64,000 nucleotides of DNA from NCBI RefSeq assembly GCF_006345805.1, contig NC_042999.1:110980001-111044000 (forward strand), written 5' to 3'. The notes below the pieces were generated by a model. The model was not told where the DNA came from. It did not search any database and saw only the letters and a program-made list of their open reading frames with translations. Positions 55,114 to 64,000 of this stretch are shown piece after piece. The number at the start of each line of letters is the position of its first letter. Within the stretch, counting starts at the first letter, position 1. Made by a program: the position numbers and the translations under genes. This DNA comes from Octopus sinensis (Eukaryota).

Positions 55114-55677
55114 TATATAGCCAGCTATATGCAAAAAAAAGAAAACTTCAATTGTCACTGATTGTGAGTGACAGTGCAGGGTAGCACTTACATTGTTAGA
55201 AATAAGAACTAAAGGCCCTCACAGTCACAAAGAAGGACATGTCTATATACTGACAGGGAAGATAACTGCCCCACAGCGAGTGTGATCATCCTGTTATACA
55301 TAGATATATGTTTCTTTACGGCTGTAAGGGCTATATATATATATATAGATATAATATGTTTGTGTGTGTGTGTGAGAGAGAGAGAGAGCATGTGTCTGTT
55401 AGTGCCTCTTGGTCTTAATTTCATGTGATTGCTGTGAATAAGTATTGTTCATTTGTAATATTCTACCTAAACATGTTCGGCTAAGGGTCAATATTACCTT
55501 ACTTGGAAACAAAGGTTGGCATAGGAAGTGTATTTGGCCTTAGAAAAGTCTGCCTCTATAAACAGAATGAAACTGATGTAAGCATGGGAAAGTGCATATT
55601 GGTATGGAACAGTTGTTCGTGACCCAACATATAATTCCAAAATCAAGTCTTTTACCATGTGCAACTCAGGAAAACAT

Positions 55678-55723
<46 letters not shown>

Positions 55724-56249
55724 CAAACAAACACATGCACTCACACGCACACATATACTCATATACACATACACACATATACATACTCATATATATATAT
55801 GCATACATGCATATAGATAATCATTCAATTATAGCTATATGATAAGAAGTTTATAAATTAATGAATAATGAAATAGAAGAAGCCAAAAAGAAAGTGCTGA
55901 GACAGAAGACAAAGCCTGGAATGATGAAAGTTTGGTGCAGCGATATAAGAAAATAGTTCATAAAAGATTTAAAAACGGAAATCTTTATAAAACATATGAA
56001 GAATATTGAAATTTGAAATTTGCTTGTGTATATTATTTGGTATGTTCAAATTCAAAGTTTAGACATTCATAATTTATTTAATGGAATTCTATTGGGAAAT
56101 CAGCACCAGCAGCATCAACAGCAATGACAACCAATGAAACAGCACCAACCAACTTCCAACTCTCTCCTAGAACAGCATCAGAATAACAACAACAACAACA
56201 ATAATAATAATAATAATAATGATAATAATATTAAAATAAATAATAATAT

Positions 56250-56468
56250 ATTTCTTTACTACCCACAAGGGGCTAAACATAGAGGGGACAAACAAGGACA
56301 GACAAAGAGATTAAGTCGATTATATCGACCCCAGTGCATAACTGGTACTTAATTTATCGACCCCGAAAGGATGTAAGACAAAGTGGACCTCGGCAGAATT
56401 TGAACTCAGAACGTAGTGGCAGACGAAATACAGCTAAGCATTTTGCCCGGCGTGCTAACATTTCTGCC
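56250..56468 (-). mobile_element. SINE family A
   Basis: Reverse match to 24071-24300. Confidence 0.8.
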
Positions 56469-56575
56469 AATAATTATGATGATGATAATGATAATGATGA
56501 TGATAAAGATAATGATGTCAACTGGTATCTGTGACTTTATCTAAGCCCCTACCAAAAGAACATCATAATATTAAG

Positions 56576-56615
<40 letters not shown>

Positions 56616-57024
56616 AAGAAAAGAGGAGAAAGAAAGCAATAATAACAATTCCAATTACAAGAACAAGAACAGTGATATTCTCAATGCAAAGCATAACCAT
56701 TTCATTCTTCATCATTTAACTACTACAACAGAGTAGTTGAACTACAGTAATAATTTTAACAACAACACTATACTTATCAATAGCAGTTGCAGGAAATTGT
56801 AAACAAGTCCAATAACAAACTGCAGTTACAGAACAATAATTTCACCATCACCTAAAATTGTCAGTGACAGCAATATGAAAGTTCTATGAAATTGAAATTT
56901 ATCAACTTACATTGATGGATCTAACTAATCAATTATTCATTCAAAATGAATTTGCTTTTTATTAATTTATTGGACTTGCTCTTCATTTTAGGTATTTATT
57001 TATTTTTGCATCATGGAGTACTCT

Positions 57025-57425
57025 TTTACTCTTTTACTTTTTTCAGTCATTTGACTGCAGCCATGCTGGAGCACTGCCTTTAGTCGAACAAATCAACCCC
57101 AGGACTTATTCTTTGGAAGCCTAGTACTTATTCTATCGGTCTCTTTTGCTGAACCACTAAGTTATGGAGACGTAAACATACCAGCATCGGTTGTCAAGCG
57201 ATGTTGGGGGACAAACACAGACACACAAACATATACGCACACACATACACATACATATATATACATATATACGATGGGCTTCTTCAGTTTCCGTCTACCA
57301 AATCCCCTCACAAGGCTTTAGTTGGCCTGAGGCTATAGTAGATAACACTTGCCCAAGGTGCCACGCAGTGGGAATGAACCCAGAACCATGTGGCTGGTAA
57401 GCGAGCTACTTACCACACAGCCATT
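57025..57425 (-). mobile_element. SINE family B, full length
   Basis: Reverse match to 19978-20390. Confidence 0.85.
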
Positions 57426-57999
57426 CTTGAGTAGTTAATTTACAGTTAATGATACTAATAATAATAATGTTTTCTTTATTGGCTACAAGGGCCGAACCCT
57501 AAAACAAAGAAGGATGATACAAAACAAGGGACAAGTGTGGCTCAGCACAAAAACATGTGTATACAGTAATAAAATAATAATAATTGACATAAAAATTTAA
57601 ACAATAAAACATCCCCTAAAGTGGTGGGGGTAGTGCATACAGAATGGTTTTATCACCCTGTGCACATAGATGTTTGTGTGACAGCACTTCCATGCTTGAA
57701 GAGCTCATCTTGAACTGGCAGAGTTCTCCAGTAATACTCTCAGAGATTTCTGGCAATTATTCATTGGCCCTAGCATAAAACTCTGGAAAAGACCAGCTAA
57801 TTGATCTCCCTTGATGCCCAGATATTCTGCAAGGACATCGTCTCTCTCTTACCCATCATTAATCTCCAAAAGGGAATTTTCACTGACCACATTGACCAAC
57901 TAGCTGAGGGCTGTAAGCACTTGCCAACACTCCAGGTGCTATTATTATTATTGTTGTTGTTATATGGATCAGTGGTTGTACCGCTTAAGAAATTTATTG

Positions 58000-58580
58000 A
58001 GTATTAGTGGTGGGGAAGTGCATCAACGTTCTGAAGGAGTCTCTGGGCACCAGCAAGAACAAACTGGCCAGTCTGTTCCAGAGGACTTTCCAGTTGGGAA
58101 CTATCATGGATAATTTCTAGATGTCCTTGGCCTGCCAGTGCTACTGGTGGGGGTGCTACCAGTTCAAGATAAACTCTGTCAGATAGGCTTGTCCAAGATA
58201 TGTGCAGAGTGGTGAAACCACTCTGAACACCCTCGTTCTGTGTCCAGGCATTGCTGACTTGTGGGGTTATGTCGAACAGCTGCTGTCCCAATTGGGACGG
58301 GTTCGTCTATAGGCCAAGTCTGTAGTGATGATCGCATTGCTACTGTCCTTCAATCAGGCAGGCAAGGTAGTTTTCCTTTGCCAGGTGGCTGTGGCAAAAG
58401 AGGTTGTTTGGTGGACAAAACTGAAAGGCATGAGGACAGATAAATTCCTCTTTGGTAGAGCTCTCATTTACTTCTTTAAGTTTCACTTGAAAATGAAATT
58501 GAGAGTGGAGAAGGTCCTCAGGTGAATTTATTGAAAGGTAGGTGGAAGTTGCAAAAATGGCGAGTGTGGATGGTACCTCT
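58000..58580 (+). pseudogene. Tx1/L1-type LINE ORF2 C-terminal (zf-RVT-like) fragment, decayed
   Basis: LPVQDKL, CPRYVQSGETTLNTLVLCPGIADLWGYVEQLL (degenerate CCHC), VFLCQVAVAKEVVWWTKLKG; stops and frameshifts. Confidence 0.65.
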
Positions 58581-59092
58581 CTAAGTTTAGACTGGTAAGT
58601 CAGAGAGAAGGAATTGGAGAAGGCACATGCTCTTGGGGTTTGAGGGATATCTCGAATAGTGATGTTCCTTGATTATCTCTAGAGGCCTTCCTGTATCAGG
58701 AGAAACATAAATCTATCATCCTCTTCACTACATTTTTTCTAAACCTTTGTATTCTATGCATGTGTCCCTTCTTTTTCAGTGTATGCCCTGTATACTTAAT
58801 TTCTTTCCTTCCATTTGTTAATATTATTTCATATATACTATATTTTGGGTTTTTTTACCCCTTCATCAGTGCACATCTAATCTATTGAACAACCTCAACC
58901 ACATTGCTTTAATATCCACTATACCTAGAGGTGGCTGTAGTTTTTGTAGATTATCTACAGAGATAACTTTAATAAATGATGTAGAAAGTGCACTGCTTAA
59001 GCAGTAGAATGTGCTATTGATTTATGAAAACGTATAATATACTTTATAGTATATTTGTGTTGCAAAACGAAATACCACGTACCTACAAGTCA

Positions 59093-59215
<123 letters not shown>

Positions 59216-59242
59216 ATATATATACATAAACACACTCTATTA

Positions 59243-59607
59243 CTTGTTTCAGTCATTTGGCTGTGGCCATGCTGGAGCACCGCCTTTAGTTGAACAAATC
59301 AACACCAGGACTTGTTCTTTGTAAGCCTAGTACTTATTCTATCTTTATTTTTTGCTGAACTGCTAAGTTATAGGGATGTAAACACAACTTCGGTTGTCAA
59401 GCTATGGCCGTTGGGATGACAAACATGGGCACAGAAAAATATGTATGTATATATATATATATATGTATATGTCTTTATACAATGGGTTTCTTTCAGTTTC
59501 TACCTGCCAAATCCACTCACAAGGCTTTGGTCAGCCCAAGGCTATACTAGAAGACACCTGTCCAAGGTGCAATGCAGTGGGACTGAACCCGGAACCACGT
59601 GGTTGGT
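59243..59607 (-). mobile_element. SINE family B
   Basis: Reverse match to family B. Confidence 0.75.
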
Positions 59608-60024
59608 AAGGATTTACAGTGGAAAGTGGGATGCTTAACAGCTAGCAATATATATAATATTTAGCAAGATGATTAGAGAAATTCATTTCTATAGTCTCTT
59701 TTATAGGAAAATGAGGGTTCATATCCACAAAGATATATTTTACTATAATATTGTTCTAGCTGTGACATAGAAACAGGTGTGTAAAGTCAATATAGTTTTT
59801 GGTCAATCTAGCATCATTTAAGGGCTTTCTTTTTTTATTAGTTAGATCAAAGAACGAAAAGAACTTATTATAAATTTGCAGATCTTCACATGCTGGTGAA
59901 TGGCAAAAAATTCTTCTTCTCCCTTTTTCTGCTTGTGAAAACCTATCAACTGACCAGCAGATTTAGTTGGACTCTGCTGAGACTCTTTGCCACACAACTT
60001 TGCTTGCACCTAGATAACAGCTAT

Positions 60025-60140
60025 GTCTACAGCACTATAATTCTTAAGTGGTCACCCATCCAAGTGATAACCAGGCTCAGTATTTCTTATTTTTGGTGAG
60101 TGAGGAAAAACGAATGCATTCAATGTGTTATAGATATATG
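60025..60140 (-). pseudogene. 5S rRNA-derived sequence (pseudogene or SINE3 head)
   Basis: Minus strand gagcctggttatcacttggatgggtgaccacttaagaattatagtgctgtagac matches the 3' half of eukaryotic 5S (GCCUGGUUAGUACUUGGAUGGGAGACC...GUGCUGUAGGC); the 5' half is diverged. Confidence 0.6.
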
Positions 60141-60429
60141 CCATATATGTATACATACATACATATATGTGTGTACATTAATCGATTAATTTATCTATAT
60201 ATGCACACATATATCACACACATATATATATCTATATATGCACTCACACACACACACATATATATATAGAGATATACATACATAGACATACACACAGTTG
60301 TATATTGATATACAACCCTTTAACTTTTATATAACTCCAGACGCATACATATTTCTTGTATGCAATTGCATCCACACACACCACACACACACACTCACAT
60401 CTTTAAAAATATAAATGTGTGTGTGAGCA

Positions 60430-60800
60430 TGCATGGCTGTGTAGTAAGAAGTTTGCTTAACAACCAGGTTCAGTCCCACTGCATGGCACCTTGGGCAACT
60501 GTCTTCTACTATAACCTTGGGACAAGCAAAGCCTTGTGAGTGGATTTGGTAGAAAGATTTGAAAGAAGCCCGTCACACATATATATATATATATATCATC
60601 AAATATTTGTGAGTGTGTGTCTGTGTTTGTCCCCACTCACCTTGCTTGATACCAATGTTGGTGTGGTTTACATCCCCATAACTTAGCAGTTCAGCAAAAG
60701 AGGCTGATAGAATAAGTACTAGGCTTACAAAGGATAAGTCCTGCAGTTGATTTGTTCAACTAAAGGTGGTCAAATGACTGAAACAAGTAATAGAGTAAAA
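60430..60800 (+). mobile_element. SINE family B
   Basis: gcatggctgtgtagtaagaagtttgc...ggcaccttgggcaactgtcttc. Confidence 0.75.
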
Positions 60801-62312
60801 TAATACATACATATATATATAGCCACACACACACATATATATATATATATGTATGTATAAATGGATACATACACACTAACATGTACACATGCAATATACA
60901 CATGCAAACACGCACAAATCTATACATATATACATATATACATGTGTGTGTGTGTATATGTGTGTATGCATATACATATGTATATAAATATACATGTATA
61001 TATACATATACAAATATATATATATTTGTATATGTATATGCATATGTATGTATGCATATATACATGTGCATGTGTGTGTTTGTCTGTGTGTGTGTGTGAT
61101 TGTGTGTATGTGATTGTGTGTATGGGTTGAGGGAGAGAAGAGAGAGAAAGAGACAAGTGTTGTTAGAAAGTTAGATAGAAAGATAGATAGACAGATAAAT
61201 GCATATTGACATACAAATATTTTATGATGAAAACATTTTGACACGGCACATTCTAATATTAAAGTATTTTTTGTTAATTTCAATCTATAAATGTATGGAT
61301 AACTTTACAATATTCAATAAACTTTTTTGAAAAATTGAGGAATTTTTTGAAATTATCATTTTGATAATGAAACTGTTTGAGAAAAGGCACACTATTATTT
61401 TTTTAAAATTTAATTTGTTTTATTTATGTTATTTTCTTTCTTGTTGTTGTTACTTACTTGTGATCTTTGAAAACATTTCTTTATTGTATTACTTTGTACC
61501 TGCTTCTCTTGTTTTCTTTATTTTGTGTGCTTATTCATTTTTATTTACTTTTTTCCTTGTTCAATTCCTTAAATCTTGAAAACTTTCAAAACATTCTTAA
61601 TACTTTCTCTCTCTCTCTCTCTCTCTTAGTTTCACTTTCTTCACCTCTCCCTGCCACTCTCTCTTTCTTCAGAATTTTTTATACTTATGTAATATCCTTT
61701 TATATTTAATATTTTAATGAAGAAATTCAGGATTTTATCAAACTTTTCAGGGGAAATGTCTAAATATTGTTTGTTCTTAAAGAAAATAATAAAATACGAA
61801 AGACTGCAAAAATAATAAATAAGCGTATTAATAAGATCAACATAGAAAATAATAATGATTTTTTCTTTAATAATAATAAAATTAATAATAAATTAATAAT
61901 AATAATAATAATAATAATAATGATGATGATGATGATGATGAATGTGATGGTGATGGTGATGATGATAATAATAATAATAATATATAATAATAATAAAACA
62001 ACACCCATGTTCATACTTCATCATCACTGAAATTACTTATTTGTCAACTCCAGAATTGTTTTCTTTCCACTATTACAGCATATACATACATATGCACACA
62101 TACATACATATAAACATTCACACATATATGCACATATATACATATGTTCATGCATACGTACATACGTTCATACAAGCAATTATACATGCATATACACACA
62201 CAGATATAAATATATGCATGCATACATATACATACACAGGTATAAATATATACATGCATATTTATGCACTCAAATATACCTATATGCAGATACAGATATA
62301 TAGATGTATTTA

Positions 62313-62371
<59 letters not shown>

Positions 62372-62403
62372 TTGACGGCAATCTATCATACAATTTTAAG
62401 TTA

Positions 62404-62503
62404 TCTACGGACGCACGTTTCGAAATCAAGTTTTTAGGAAAGCATAAGAATTAAATGTTAAATAATTCTACCTTACCCAAACTTCTTTTCTCTTCAGCGT
62501 AGA
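62404..62503 (-). ncRNA. Type I hammerhead ribozyme (596-nt family, inverted copy)
   Basis: Reverse complement of 63147-63246. Confidence 0.85.
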
Positions 62504-63146
62504 ATACTATAATCATAAATGATTATATATTGAATTTTGAGATACTAGAAGGCACCAACTCAACTCAGTATCAGAGCGAGCTAGAATCCGCAACTAGTAT
62601 CACCAAATTCAAAGTGTGAATGAAAGGATTGTGTCACCAGCCCCTTCCCACCCGGTGTAGCCAAAACAAGATGCTATGGTCATCTACTGAGATAAAATAT
62701 GGTTATCCGTAATAATGAAGGGTGAAATTAATTAATTTGGAATAATTATCAATTACACCAAGTAGTCTTCGGCATGTAAAAGCCTCATTCGAGGAAAATT
62801 AAGTAATACTAAGCAATAAAGGGTTTAGCAATTGCTTAGTATTACTTAAATTTTCCTCGAATGAGGCTTTTACATGCCGAAGACTACTTGGTGTAATTGA
62901 TAATTATTCCAAATTAATTAATTTCACCCTTCATTATTACGGATAACCATATTTTATCTCAGTAGATGACCATAGCATCTTGTTTTGGCTACACGCGGGT
63001 GGGAAGGGGCTGGTGACACAATCCTTTCATTCACACTTTGAATTTGGTGATACTAGTTGCGGATTCTAGCTCGCTCTGATACTGAGTTGAGTTGGTGCCT
63101 TCTAGTATCTCAAAATTCAATATATAATCATTTATGATTATAGTAT

Positions 63147-63246
63147 TCTACGCTGAAGAGAAAAGAAGTTTGGGTAAGGTAGAATTATTTAACATTTAAT
63201 TCTTATGCTTTCCTAAAAACTTGATTTCGAAACGTGCGTCCGTAGA
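63147..63246 (+). ncRNA. Type I hammerhead ribozyme (596-nt family)
   Basis: Stem I UCUACG/CGUAGA; CUGAAGA 63153-63159; long stem II (GAAA/UUUC, AAGUUU/AAACUU, AGAAUU/AAUUCU); GAAA 63229-63232; stem III CG/CG; canonical GUC cleavage after 63240. Confidence 0.88.
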
Positions 63247-63742
63247 TAACTTAAAATTGTATGATAGATTGCCGTCAATTCATTCTCTCTTACCTGTTTG
63301 TGTCTGCCTTCCAATTGCTGTGTTTTTTACTGAGATCTCCCTTTTTAGTAGAAGAAATAGCTATAACTCTTTGACTGCTATTTCTAAATTCGGTCTGTGG
63401 TAAGGCAATTCGTTGCTAAACCCTTTATTGCTTAGTATTACTTAAATTTTCCTCGAATGAGGCTTTTACATGCCGAAGACTACTTGGTGTAATTGATAAT
63501 TATTCCAAATTAATTAATTTCACCCTTCATTATTACGGATAACCATATTTTATCTCAGTAGATGACCATAGCATCTTGTTTTGGCTACACGCGGGTGGGA
63601 AGGGGCTGGTGACACAATCCTTTCATTCACACTTTGAATTTGGTGATACTAGTTGCGGATTCTAGCTCGCTCTGATACTGAGTTGAGTTGGTGCCTTCTA
63701 GTATCTCAAAATTCAATATATAATCATTTATGATTATAGTAT

Positions 63743-63842
63743 TCTACGCTGAAGAGAAAAGAAGTTTGGGTAAGGTAGAATTATTTAACATTTAATTCTT
63801 ATGCTTTCCTAAAAACTTGATTTCGAAACGTGCGTCCGTAGA
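63743..63842 (+). ncRNA. Type I hammerhead ribozyme (596-nt family, second tandem copy)
   Basis: Identical to 63147-63246; predicted cleavage after 63836. Confidence 0.88.
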
Positions 63843-64000
63843 TAACTTAAAATTGTATGATAGATTGCCGTCAATTCATTCTCTCTCACCTGTTTGTGTC
63901 TGCCTTCCAATTGCTGTGTTTTTTACTGAGATCTCCCTTTTTAGTAGAAGAAATAGCTATAACTCTTTGACTGCTATTTCTAAATTCGGTCTGTGGTAAG

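Larger units (their letters stand above)
62371..64000. mobile_element. HHR-bearing 596-bp repeat array (one inverted partial copy plus at least ~2 tandem copies, running off the window); non-autonomous PLE or retrozyme-like
   Basis: 62371-62831 is the reverse complement of the unit; period 596 (ttgatttcgaaacg at 63221 and 63817); one HHR per copy. Confidence 0.85.

Noticed and set aside
62845-62890. cgaatga-ggc...gcc-gaag as a second HHR in the 596-nt unit
   Set aside because: The core deviates (no CUGA, GAAG instead of GAAA) and stems I and III do not pair convincingly.
63221-63999. 60-aa ORF repeated twice (MISKRASV...)
   Set aside because: TTG start inside the HHR, interrupted by the predicted cleavage site, and no recognisable motif.

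Overview
AT-rich, microsatellite-saturated eukaryotic DNA with no host gene I can identify. The mix of tRNA-derived SINEs, RTE, Tx1 and Penelope-like elements resembles an octopus or other coleoid cephalopod genome (inference). Most ORFs in the track are microsatellite artefacts. The supported coding content is all transposon-derived: a near-intact 6.1-kb RTE LINE (minus, 48718-54801; APE endonuclease plus RT with a PHD-like finger, and tandem ~605-bp 5' units), a decayed Neptune-type Penelope-like element (RT plus GIY-YIG, minus, ~31.3-33.0 kb), an older RTE fragment and a Tx1/L1 3' fragment. The most striking unexplained signal is a cluster of type I hammerhead ribozyme (HHR) motifs from at least six unrelated sequence families. 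Two are young, essentially non-coding arrays built as one inverted copy plus tandem direct copies (505-nt unit at 41.85-43.26 kb; 596-nt unit at 62.37-64.0 kb). Each unit carries one HHR, so a transcript is predicted to self-process into unit-length, potentially circular RNAs (retrozyme-like or non-autonomous Penelope-like elements). All folds were derived by eye and are untested.
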